Shown here: piece by piece, positions 1 to 11,245 of the stretch
Numbering within the stretch: the first letter of the stretch is position 1
How the letters are laid out: each line of letters opens with the position of its first letter
Assembly (NCBI GenBank): GCA_905330535.1
Contig: CAJNVN010000071.1
Location: 61,413-93,412 of the forward strand
Length of the DNA stretch: 32,000 bases
Direction: 5' to 3'
From: Rotaria sp.
Taxonomy: Eukaryota
The notes under the pieces: model-generated
What the model was told of the DNA's origin: nothing
Databases searched by the model: none
What the model saw: only the letters and a program-made list of their open reading frames with translations
Position numbers and translations under genes: made by a program

Positions 1-16
1 TTTTTGCATTTTACAG

Positions 17-543
17 ATGTCACTTTGTTCTTGTTCTTCATGTTCGACAATGTCATCATCATCATTACGATCAAGTAAATCAAATAACTCTTATTGTTTA
101 TTGTCATCATCATTTTCTTCAATAACAACTGTTTCGAGTCAATCAAACAATGAAGTAATAGTATGTCTCTCGTTTAAAACATTTTCTTAGAAAAATTTTG
201 AATCATTTTTTTTCAAGCAACAATATTTAATAACTGATAATGAACAATGGCCAACTCCACCAGTAGAAGAAATTCAATTGCAGCAAAATATCGTACAAGA
301 TAATTGTCGAATTGAAAAAAATGTAAGTATGAAAAAACAAAACTTCGAATCCTAGTGAAGTATCGTTACGTTTGTTTTTTTTTTATTTAGGTTTCTCTAA
401 AAGATCAACAATCGAATAAAAATGGTTGTATTCTCAAAGCAACAATGACTAATGAACAAATTCTTATTTCTGACTCATCATCGACTAGATCAAGAATAAT
501 TTCAGGCAAACATGTTTCGATGAAAGTAGTATTTCATTTTTGA
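17..543 (+). CDS. 3' portion of an uncharacterised Ser-rich protein; three exons 17..160, 218..322, 391..543 (window truncates any upstream exons)
   Basis: Exon 1 follows a 3' splice-like 'gcattttacag', reads MSLCSCSSCSTMSSSSLRSSKSNN...NNEVI and ends at gtatgt. Exon 2 (QQYLITDNEQWPTPPVEEIQLQQNIVQDNCRIEKN) follows 'tttttttcaag' and ends at gtaagt. Exon 3 (VSLKDQQSNKNGCILKATMTNEQ...VVFHF*) follows 'tttatttag'. All junctions are phase 0 (144, 105 and 153 nt). AATAAA lies shortly downstream. No recognisable domain. Confidence 0.5.
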
Positions 544-1930
544 TTCGTATTTGTATTGTTATATTTTCTTACGTGAAAGATTCTATTATATTTACTCATC
601 ATGAACCATTTGAACGTTAATAAATAAAATAACTTGTGACTTTTTATTGCTTGTTGTCAGGAATTTGAGGCGTGGGTGAGGTGTGCACTGTAAAAAAAAA
701 TGCGTAGATTAATAAAGCATACGAATTTAGAGTTTATTGAATTGACAAACGCCCTTGAAGAATACATGAAACAGACATAAGCTCTAAAAAAGGTGTGGAT
801 GTATGTCGGCGAGTGAAGAGAAAACGTACTCATACCTGGACATCCAGTATCAAGTCAACGTCGGATGAAACTTATTTTGAAACGCTAATGTTTACAACAC
901 ATAAAGTATTTCACTGATAGAAATTATATATGATGTTAAACTCTTCTAATAAAGTAAAATCAAAAAGTTGATTTAACGACATCTATCATTCGTATTTTGT
1001 TTAAGCTGAATTGACTATACTATTGTCATGCTATTACTATATAATGTAGCACCATCATCTACGTGAAGTTAAACGTTCTCGAAAGTAAAATATATGTTTC
1101 AGCAAGTGGCAAGCAGTATAAACTGTGCGCTTGCTGGATCTATCACGCCAATTCAACAACAAAGTCATGATTTCGATCGTCTAAGAAATATTCTATCGAT
1201 CGACGCAGGACTTTCTTTTCTATATTTTTGATGAAAGTATCATTCAACATAGAATGAATGCACACTTGCTGTTTTTACATCTTTTTGAGAAGATCGAATC
1301 AATGAAAAATGCGATTTTTCACATAATGAAACACTAGGGAAAAGAAAAAAAATGCATCACATTATGATTCGTCACTTTGCGTCAAACATACGTTTTATTT
1401 ACTTGTCTGTCATACTAAACTTTATCGGTATTTGTAAATAGCATATAATTTTCATGTAGAAAATTTGTTTTTTGTCATTCGATGAAAATAAACACTTAGT
1501 CGCACTGATGCCTTCAAATAGTGATGCTGAACTTTTCAGGTACTGAGTCTTCGAACAGACAAACAAAGTTCTTTTGCGACGAAGTTAGTAAGTAGAAAAA
1601 ATACAGTAAATCACTCCAGCAGAGAAATCGGAAATTTTCACTGTAATCGGCCACTTAAAAGTCGACGTTTCTTCGGCAAGATTACTTCTGTTCTCCATGC
1701 GCTGATCTTTTATTTCAATCCGCTTTTCTCTCTCTCTACTGTTTGACAGTGATGAGCGAATCGGAATCAATCTATGCTTTCCAGTAACGATTACCTAAAA
1801 CATACGAAACACTATTCTTTTTCTTTGAATCAGAGCTAGAAGAAATTAAGCATATTGTTTTCTGGACAATTCTACATTATTGTACTACTAGCTTCATACT
1901 CTCATAGCTTCTCTAACAATCGACAAAAAA

Positions 1931-2320
1931 ATGACTTCGACAAACATTACTACAACACTTCTACCAAATGATCCTACCGATCTCTCTGTCGTTATACCTA
2001 TCTCGGTTGGTTTTGCCGTCGTCGACATCGTCATGGTCGGCTTTATCTTGGCTTTGTTAGTGTTGAATCAGCGATTACATACAGTCACTCATCTATTGAT
2101 CGGAAATACTTGCGTGTAGTCTATATTCTATTGCGTTGTTCAACCAAACAATCTTATTTAGCTAATCTTTGTGCAATGGACACTAGTGCAATATCATACC
2201 GATGGCAAGGCTACTTTACTTACTTGGCTATGCCAGATGTGGTTTATTCCTATTTTATTCAGGCAATATCTTATTTGTTCTTTATTGCTTTAGCTAATAA
2301 ATATTATGGTAAATTCCATT
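1931..2320 (+). pseudogene. Decayed fragment of a 7TM (rhodopsin-like) receptor: N-terminus to about TM3, with an in-frame stop and a frameshift
   Basis: Frame 1 reads MTSTNITTTLLPNDPTDLSVVIPISVGFAVVDIVMVGFILALLVLNQRLHTVTHLLIGNTCV*SIFYCVVQPNN. The other frame continues YLANLCAMDTSAISYRWQGYFTYLAMPDVVYSYFIQAISYLFFIALANKYYG. Hydrophobic spacing and a Cys/Trp-rich loop resemble 7TM receptors. No further TM segments follow. Confidence 0.5.
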
Positions 2321-2470
2321 TTCGCCGAAGATGAATTTCATCGAAAAGGCAATTCGCCGAAAAGGAAGTTCGCCGATTCCATTATCGCCGAATGAATTTA
2401 TCACCGAAAACGAATAAGTTGGATTTATTCGGTTATAAAATGATTCGGCGATCTTTGTTTTGGCGAAAAT
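2321..2470. repeat. Short-motif repeat built from (T)TCGCCGAA(AA), with inverted copies (TTCGGCGA / TTTTGGCGAAAA) at its right end
   Basis: Direct reading: ttttcgccgaag, aattcgccgaaaagg, gttcgccgattcc, attatcgccgaatg, atcaccgaaaa, then gattcggcgatc and tttggcgaaaat. Confidence 0.6.
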
Positions 2471-2938
2471 AGACTAAATCAGTAAAATACTCATTTTATT
2501 TCAGTAGAATATAAATGTTCGTTGTTTCAGATGATGATTAATCAAGGTTTTAAAATGGGCATGTAATCATTACCATTTGAATGTTCTTTTTGTAATTGGA
2601 TTGGTATCCTAAAAAATTATCAAGTATAAAATCTTATGTTCATCTTATTTCAGAACGTTAGATTCTTTTCTTCGAAAGGAACATCTTGATCAAATTTATT
2701 AAAATCCAAAATGCGAATATTATCATGAACAATTCGATCTCAGTTGAAAACCTTAATGAACGTAAAATATCGACATGTGAAAAAAATCATTGTAAACTGT
2801 TTGTTGAAAGATTTTGGCTGTCATGAACTAGTATAGACATTAAATAATTGAGACTAATTCATTTGAAATTATTTTCTATAGATTCATCGTTGTAAAATAT
2901 CAAATCATTATTTGAGTGAACAACATCGAAATTAATTA

Positions 2939-3133
2939 ATGAAAAGTCTTCATCAAATGAAATTACAAATCGAAAGTGTGAGAAAGGCATCGACTAAAAT
3001 AGAAACTGATAATGTTCGAAGAACAACATTTGTAGCTGTTAATGTTACTACAGCGCTTTTTCAAGATTTATGTGAAATACTCGATATTCCGTCACATAGT
3101 TTAAATATATTGAATAATGATGAACAAGAATGA
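2939..3133 (+). CDS. Possible terminal exon or remnant of an uncharacterised protein
   Basis: 64-codon ORF MKSLHQMKLQIESVRKASTKIETDNVRR...NNDEQE* with coding-like composition. Another open stretch precedes it (about 2660-2830, ...MNNSISVENLNERKISTCEKNHCKLFVERFWLS*). No domain recognised. Confidence 0.2.
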   Translation: MKSLHQMKLQIESVRKASTKIETDNVRRTTFVAVNVTTALFQDLCEILDIPSHSLNILNNDEQE

Positions 3134-4847
3134 CTTAATAATGCATTATTTCAATGTTAAATGAAATTTTCAACATTAACACTAAAATTTTTACGATCTA
3201 AATTGTCTACACAAAAAAGCAATACAAGCATTATTATCCGATTTGAGATTCTCTTATGAAAGTGCACTGATCTCGATCTCGATCTGATCTGATGTCTATT
3301 AACGAATATTAGTCTTGAATCATTTGATAAAAAGATACACTTGAAAAACAGCATACACTACAAAATAAATTACTTCTATCGAAGTCTTTTGCTACTATGA
3401 ACAAAAAAAAAACAAAGTTTAATTTACTGTAACACTTTCGAGTAGCTATAATAACGTCTGATATGCATGAAAAACTTGTTCAAGGAAACGATTATATCTT
3501 TTCATCGAATGTATTATCGGATTTTGTTCATAAGTACGAGTCCATGAGAATAGAAGAACTATGAAAAGATTCGTCTCTATACGGTAATATTCTCGAATTA
3601 TGATCGTTTTATTAAATTGTCGGTCTCTAGCAAGATATATATGAAATAACCCAATTACATAATGTTCATTTGAATTTTTGTTCATAGATTGATCTTATAG
3701 ACATGAGATAGTTCGAAACGTTTTAGTCTAGAAGAATGTATTCTTTTTTGAAATATAACATATTCAAAAATTAATCAAGTGTCACAACAAAAACTGAGAA
3801 AATGAAGTACTTTCAATGTTTCATATCTCAAGAACAGAATATTCTTTTGAACTGAAATTTAAAGAACTATCTAGTGATTACAAAATCGATGTATATATAT
3901 AGACAAATGTTCATATAGAAATTCCTCTATACTTCGATTATTCTATGTGGTTTGCTAGAAATAGGCAATCCAGTAAATAGTTGTGCAAGTAAATAAAGTC
4001 TCGAGATCAAGACTTGATATTTCCTTCCCTTCCTTCAGAAGACGTTGAGCCTCTTGACAAATGGTTGAACTCTTCCCCTATAACATTTTTCTGCTCACAC
4101 CACTATCAATAAAATGGTCATAATTCGAGAAGGATAACATACGAGAACGAACCTTTCTAGAGTTTTTCTAGTCTCATAAAATATTACTTATGGACAAAAT
4201 CTAAGTTTGATCGATGATTAGCATTTGAAAAAGTCCTTTGTTAATGATATAATCGTGCAACTTAATTGTGAATATTATACATTGGAAAGAGATTCACAAT
4301 TATGACATTTGTAAAATATGACTTGTTCTTTTTAATCTCCCTCCGTTTTTCTTTAGTTCAACAATAATCAAACGTCTCTTTTTTTTTCTTTTTTTTTATT
4401 TAAATCAAAAAGGAATAATCGATTTGAACAAAGTCTCTTTCATCTCAACAACTTATAATAGATATAATAAGTCTTCAAAAGAAAATGGTGAGGCGTGGGT
4501 GTGAGTGGACACTCATATTCACATTCACACTTATACACCCGCACACGCCCATACCCACACCCATGTTCACCCCTTACTCCAAAAAAGCTTCGTTTTTCAA
4601 ATAATCATCATGAATGTGCCTATCTTTGACGGTAACTATTTGTAAGAAATGTCGTAACTAGTAATTAGCGATACTTTAATTTTTCGAATGAAACGATAAC
4701 AACCGTAAGCAGCTTTCAAAGATTCAAATCTCGAGAGAAGGAAAATTTAATTTATTTTAGTTTTGGAAAAAACGATTTCGAACAATAGTGGGATGTTGGT
4801 ATGACCATCGAATAAGAGGAAACCTACACTCACACACATCTCAAATG

Positions 4848-6088
4848 TCATTTTATAGATAGTATCTGTGCTAATTTTGTTTTATAAAATTCTTCTTTAT
4901 ACATTGTTGATGGCAACACGAACAAAAGAAAACCAAGTACTTGTGGTGAATATGACAGAAAATATGTAGTTAGAAGAGAATAACGTTGCCACGGTTCAAC
5001 TAATTCTTTACATGCATAAGTAAAGGCTAGAATAGCTTGCGGTAAAGCACTTGCAAGAATAATAATAGGAGTTATAAATAATTCTTTATTAATATTCAAC
5101 TGGTTCATTATTAATTTTTGTTGTGTATGTTTGGTATTTATTTTGGCTTTATTACGAGCAGTAGCAATAATTAGAACTACAATGGTAATTATTTGAATTG
5201 TGCAAGGTACAAGATAATGAAACATTACGTTGACACGATTGTACACTGACCATTGATACGGCGTATAGTTTGGAACACATAGTGTAGCCGATATTTGTTT
5301 TGGATCATCAATAAGCTTGTAGAAAAATAATTCATGTATGTGAAAAACAAATAATACAAAAATAACGATCGTTGCCGAGATGAAAGCATATTTCGGTGAT
5401 TTAATTGACAATTTTGTTGGATAAAGAACTAATCCTAGACGATGTATAGTAATCAGACTGGTTAACCAATAATTGATTCGAGTCAGTACTGACAATAAAT
5501 AAGAAATAATTTTACACATGTACAAGTTCAATAGAGTATTGAACAGATTACCATTTAAATTGAGTACAGTATGAATTATTTTTACCAGTAATATGAATAA
5601 TGAACATTGATTAAAAATAGATAATATTAATAAATAATTACCAGCAGCATATTCTCTTGGTTTTGGTTGTTTAAATGTTAGAAAACTACATATATTATTA
5701 ACAAATCCAAGCAAAAAAGCAAGTGATGATATAAGCACGTAAAGGCTAATGGATATTTTTTTCCTGCTGCTAATGATATCGTGGGCGATGAGAGAATCGA
5801 CGGTGAAACTAAATACTTCTGTACTATATTGACATAAATGACCGTAATAACACCGAGAACAAACACATAGAAAATCAGAGACACTTTTCAATTGTCCCTG
5901 AACACAGCGTCCCTGTAACAGACAATGAGCACATCGATCAGCTGTTGAATCATATCGAAAACATGCAGCACGGTAAAAATTTGCTTGACATATGCAAAAA
6001 TAATTATCATCATGAAAGCATAATATCGATCGACTTTGACAAAGCTGATGATATTTTGAAACAGATATACTTAAATTAAATTCAGATT
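4848..6088 (-). CDS. Exon 3: Cys-rich/EGF-like end of ectodomain followed by 7TM domain and short cytoplasmic tail
   Basis: Reads ESEFNLSISVSKYHQLCQSRSILCFHDDNYFCICQANFYRAACFRYDSTADRCAHCLLQGRCVQGQLKSVSDFLCVCSRCYYGHLCQYSTEVFSFTVDSLI then seven hydrophobic segments (e.g. ISISLYVLISSLAFLLGFVNNIC, ISYLLSVLTRINYWLTSLITIHRLGLVLYP). Stop TGA at 4848-4850. Confidence 0.8.
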
Positions 6089-9000
6089 CTAAAGTTAAAA
6101 AAACATGTTAGGCAGATCCCGTATATCTAACAGACTTACTTGATAATTCAAATAACAGACGCGTGTGAGGACAATAATTTTCTTTTGACAAATCAATTGT
6201 TATATTAATGATTTTTTCATTTTCTCTGATGTATAACAAATACATAAATGGATCATATTCTTCTTTGTATAAACGAATTATACTCAATAATGGCGAAAGT
6301 GTTTGATCATGATCGAACGTTGATATTTGTGGTATTTTATTAAATAGTTGCTGTTCTTTTATTATCAAATCAAATATTTTGGGAGTTAAATCATAATAGT
6401 GTATTAAAGCTGCACGAATGTTACTTAATTTTGTTGTCATAGTGATATTAAATTGTATGCGAACGGCAAATTTCTCCAATTCACAATTCTTTCCATAATA
6501 TTTTCTTGGACATAAGCATTTATATTCAAATATATTAATATAATTATGAACAGTCAAACATGTACCATTATTTAAACATGGCAATTCATCGCATGGATTA
6601 TATTTTAAATGACAAGTTGAACCAAAATGATTCAATGGACATATACATAAAGCTTGTTTATTAAAATTTTGTGGTTTGCATATAGAGAGAGCGGAGCAAA
6701 ACGATGAACACCGATCATCAAAGTACTCGCAGAAAACACCATAGTAGCCACTTTTACAAGCACAATAATATGTTTCATTAGAATTTGTCAAACGATGACA
6801 AAATCCATTTTTACCACAACGATTAGTATCGACGCATGAGTCATTCGTTTGATTCAGACGTAATACCTTAGCAAAACGAAATGCTGGTAAGTAATCAAAA
6901 TAAATTGGATATTGCCAGACGTTGAGTAATTCTACTGTTAAATTTCTGGTCAGTTCATATGCTTCGAATCGAATTGAATATGGATGATTTTGTTTAATGT
7001 CAGTTCGATTAAAGTAACGACGTTGTTTATTTTTAATCATTGCATCAGTTCTCGCATAAAGAAAAGAAAATTTATGTTTAATATAATTATCCCCTCGTTC
7101 AGCTGTTGGTGTGACATGAAATTGATGAAAATCAAGTAGTTGCTCATGAAAATAAAAACTTATGACTATTTTGATAATCGTTGTATTGTCATTGATCGAA
7201 TAATAAGTTAAATCTAAATGTGTGATGATAGTAATACGATCACTAAAAAAATTACAATATAGGCCGTAATAGCTAGACGGACAAAAACATATCCATTTTT
7301 GCGTAATATAATGGAAAATAGCAACACCACGGTTACAGATTTGAGATATTTTTTTATTAGGATGCTACTATAATTAGAATGTTGTTGATTTTTCACTGTA
7401 TTAGAAATTGATTGGTTAATAGGTATGGAAGGCGGATAATATAATAAGTGTTTCAGTTTTTCAAGATTAAGCAAGTGAGAGAATTTACCATTTCTATAGA
7501 CTATATCTTCACGGCACCAGTATTCATCTTCACCATATTCACAATCAATTTTTCCATTGCAACGGACGTCTTTCAAACAAGTTTGATTAATACAACTGAA
7601 ATATAAATCTCCATGGCAGGCTTTGGTTAAATAAGAACAGATTGTATAATCTTCTTCATTTAAACATCTAGTAGAATAACATAAATTTGCAGTTGTAATA
7701 CATAGATTATTCTCAATCGTTAGACAATTGAAATCATAACCTTTTTGTCTGCCATAGCAATTTGCTAAAATATTTCTTTCATCTAAATCTCCATAACAAT
7801 CACTAACATCATCACCAATTTTTGATAGTTTTATACACGGACGATTCTCAGTGAAATTATATGGGTTACTTACATTTGCTAATAAGCATGGATATTCTGT
7901 TGATATATTACACAGCATTGAAAATGGTTGAGTTCTGTAATGTAAAAAACACTTTTGTTGCATTTCAGCTAAATTCAATATTCTAAGATTATGTTTCGAA
8001 AATTCTTTGATTGTTAACAGTTTTTGTTCATCTGATGCATCACTACAATCCCATCTACCTAAAACAAAAGCTGTTAGCACAATCTTTTGGTGAATTAAAA
8101 TATGAAACACAATGTAGTTCTTCTTATCTTCATCCTCATTCCACATAATTCTTCAGAAACACAATAAGGAATTAATTAGAAAATTGTAATCACCTGTAAT
8201 ACATATACGATCCGCTATCAAAATTTACAAGTTGTGTCATGCTCCTTAGTAGTCTCTGATTAGCGCCCATCACGATTTGTGTGTTTGATAGGTGGGAGCA
8301 CGGGATCAAATTGGTACCCTATATGCTTTAACACTCCTTTTAGATCGTATTTCACTAAAAGATATAACTACAATCCAATATATCACTGAAGCAGATTATT
8401 AACAAGCTGCTACCAAAATATATTTTTTGCCGATGTTTCACTACTGTATTAATATTTCAGCACATCATTAGTGTGACTATGTATGTATGTGTGTACTGAG
8501 GATTTGTGTAGGATTTATGCCGAAATTTATAGTTACTTATTGAAAGGTCTAATAAAAATAGACTTCAGAAGTTATCGAAGCGTTGGAGCTAAGCCAAAGT
8601 TATATTAAAGCCTGAAATGAGTTAGTCGGAAGCAATGACGTACCCAGAACGCTTTGAGTAGTGAACGATTTTTGGGCAGAATTACTCTGAAAAAATGAAC
8701 AGATAGGAAACATTGTTACTATCTTTAAAAGATCCATCGAAAATGGCTTTTGCAGCATTGGATAATTGCCATAACTTGAAGAGAACCGCGGAAAATAACT
8801 TTTCTAGCAGCGACTAATTGCCAGATAGTGTCTTTCAGGGATTCTTTGGTTGGTACAGCCTATCGAATCCATGTCTAAGAGTTTTTATTGATCGGGTCCA
8901 GATGAGAAATAATTTGTATCAATATAATAATATTTTCTGACTTCTTAATTTTTTTGTTTTATTCAAGAAATCCCTAATTTATTTATTGTGAAACTAGGTG

Positions 9001-11245
9001 AAAAACGCCAAAATTCTTCTTGACTATAATATCTAAACCTATTTAACATGGAATTCAGGTTCAATAAAATTCAACGAATCAGATTCATATCCGGGTCCAA
9101 CAAATTTAATCAGTCTGGTTCGGACATTCCTAGATCGATGAACTCTTTAAAAGAGGAAATTTTATTATAATGTATCACTGTTTGTTTCTTTTTTCCATTC
9201 TCACCGATTTTGAATGCCGAATATCAAAATTTAGCATATTACATACCGTCGCATACCCATGCGATAGGTACACACTGATTAGTTAAACATTGATAGTAGT
9301 CTTCAGGACAAATCCAATTTTTGCAGAATTCAGGTAATTCGTCAATATGCGATTTCTTTTCCCAAATCGTATTACAATAGTCTTGAAATGGTATATTTTT
9401 GTATTTTGTACTTGAATCACCTAAAATTACACTATCTGATGAAAATTCGCTTGTTTCGTTTAAGAGCGACAAAGATAATGATGAATATTTAATATAAGAT
9501 TTCAATAAACTACAACTGAAATCGTTACGTTTTGAGCAGTTTAGCGTTGCTAGATAAAAATTAATCTCCTCTATAAATTCATCACGACCATTTTCACATA
9601 ATGTATCGTAGTTACCGAGAATTGATGGTAATAAGCATTTTGGCTCTTCTTGAGAACATTTAAAACGATATTTTTCGATATTAGAACAAGAAGTTTGTTT
9701 TTGTGGTAAATACGTTCGTTCATCTTCGAATGCCATACAATCAACCTTACCATCCTGCATACGATAAGTTGAGAAGCATTCGTGTGAAATGAAGCAAAGA
9801 TTGTGAAAATTATATGGGCGATTATTGAACGTTTTAGATGTGTTACTCCAACAAGATAAATCATAATGCGGTGCAAATATTGATTCATTTCTTTTAACTA
9901 CTGGTTCATTTCGAGAACAAAATAGAAGCTCAAAAAAAGATGAACCACCTGCTGCACCTCGCCTTTCAAATATTATACCGATGGGTTTAATGCTTTTCGA
10001 ATGATAGCCGGGACATTTTAAACTTCCTGTCAAAATGAGTACATCAGGCGTTGGAGTTGTCCACTCACTTCTATTAAAATCATATAATGTAATAACATAA
10101 GGTGCTATAAGTGGTCTTTTGGGATAGAAAAGTAGTTTGTCATTGCATAGACGCTGAATTATCGGTGTACAATTATTAGACGAACATGGACAGTTCTTAT
10201 GTAAGCCACCAGATAGAGCACATTTTACCAAAGACAGACAAGTATCACTTTTAGACATTTGACCAAAATTTAAGTCATCCATCGCTTCTGGAATATTTGT
10301 ACATTGTCCTGATGACATTGTCCACATTCGAAGTCCAAAACTATTACCTTCACAAAAATAATTTATATCTCTGAAGCTTGAGCAATACATTGGTTGTCCC
10401 ATCAAATTATGAAATTTAAAACGATACATGGATGGCAGACATTCACCATCACCACATGACCACTGCCGACTAGTACAGACACGCTCATCGCAATCAAAAC
10501 TGGGCGATTTAAAACAATGTTGTCCGAATCGAATTATACTTTCATCCGTATGATCCATACAATCATACTCACCATCTAAAAAATATTCACTTGGGATACA
10601 CATTCCATTTGAGCATCGATATTCCTCATCATAGTTATCGCATTCATTAAACTCTAATTTATCACAATTTTCTTCATCAAGACCATCTATGCATTGTTGT
10701 GTTTTGTCACAAATTTGACGCCCGTCCAAACACAATAGACCATAGTTGCACTTTAGAGTTGTATAACAAGTTATATCACCATATAATTGAGTATACATAA
10801 TACTTTTCGTTCCAAATTGTGCTTGAATTTCTTTTTCGAACGAATCAGTGATAACAAAACTATATTCACAATATTTGCCAAATGTAAATGCGAGTGTGCA
10901 ATTACAAATCACTCGATTACTAATTATCGCGCCGTTTAAGAATGCGCTATATAAATCCACATTCTCCATACTGGAACGCCACTTCAAAATTTCAATCGGT
11001 GTAATATTTAATTCGACTAATTGAGAAAATGTGTAACTTCTACCATCGTTATAGCATGATGTAAAATTTCGGGTTAATTCAATACTTTCATTTAGATGAA
11101 TACAATATTTAACGGTAGCCCCATCACTTTTATAAAATAGACAGTCATATTGTTGAATAGGATTACCATTTTCTGTATGATACAATAAAACGGATGCATT
11201 GAGCGCTTCCAGTAATAACAATCCATAAAAAATAATCACTAACAT
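4848..11245 (-). CDS. Receptor-like membrane protein with LDLa + EGF-like ectodomain and C-terminal 7TM domain (exons 11245..9247, 8058..6140 with one frameshift, 6088..4848)
   Basis: Spliced model is phase-consistent. Exon 1 ends GTATGCGACG|gtatgt and exon 2 starts ttttgttttag|GTAGATGG, giving ..AWVCDG-RWDCSDASDE.., a continuous LDLa motif. A second junction TTATCAA|gtaagt..aactttag|AATCTGAA (51-bp intron) restores LSKSEFNLSISV. Signal-peptide-like start MLVIIFYGLLLLEALNA. Confidence 0.78.
6140..8058 (-). CDS. Exon 2: remainder of LDLa motif, further LDLa (CINQTCLKDVRCNGKIDCEYGEDEYWC), EGF-like modules; apparent frameshift near 7349-7355
   Basis: Frame A runs 8058 to about 7356. Frame B then continues ..ISQICNRGVAIFHYITQKWICFCPSSYYGLYC..., ..CVDTNRCGKNGFCHRLTNSNETYYCACKSGYYGVFC.., CKPQNFNKQALCICPLNHFGSTC, CDELPCLNNGTCLTVHN..YKCLCPRKYYGKNC. 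Confidence 0.7.
8059..9246 (-). other. 1188-bp intron of the receptor gene
   Basis: GT (9246-9245) and AG (8060-8059) boundaries join phase 1 to phase 1 and reconstitute an LDLa motif. No coding ORF inside. Confidence 0.7.
9247..11245 (-). CDS. Exon 1: signal peptide, Cys-rich ectodomain with LDLa repeats
   Basis: ORF 9239..11263 starts at TTG; the first ATG is at 11245. LDLa-like motifs: CLDGRQICDKTQQCIDGLDEENC; YRCSNGMCIPSEYFLDGEYDCMDHTDES; WSCGDGECLPSMY; YYQCLTNQCVPIAWVCDG. Confidence 0.75.

Noticed and set aside
5678-5884. ORF 5678..5884(-)
   Set aside because: Alternate-frame overlap of the 7TM exon.
5970-5985. Possible second frameshift in the receptor gene near CQANF/YRAACF
   Set aside because: On recounting, the run is T5 and the frame is continuous (GCA AAT TTT TAC CGT GCT).
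9571-9888. ORF 9571..9888(-)
   Set aside because: Alternate-frame overlap of the LDLa ectodomain exon.
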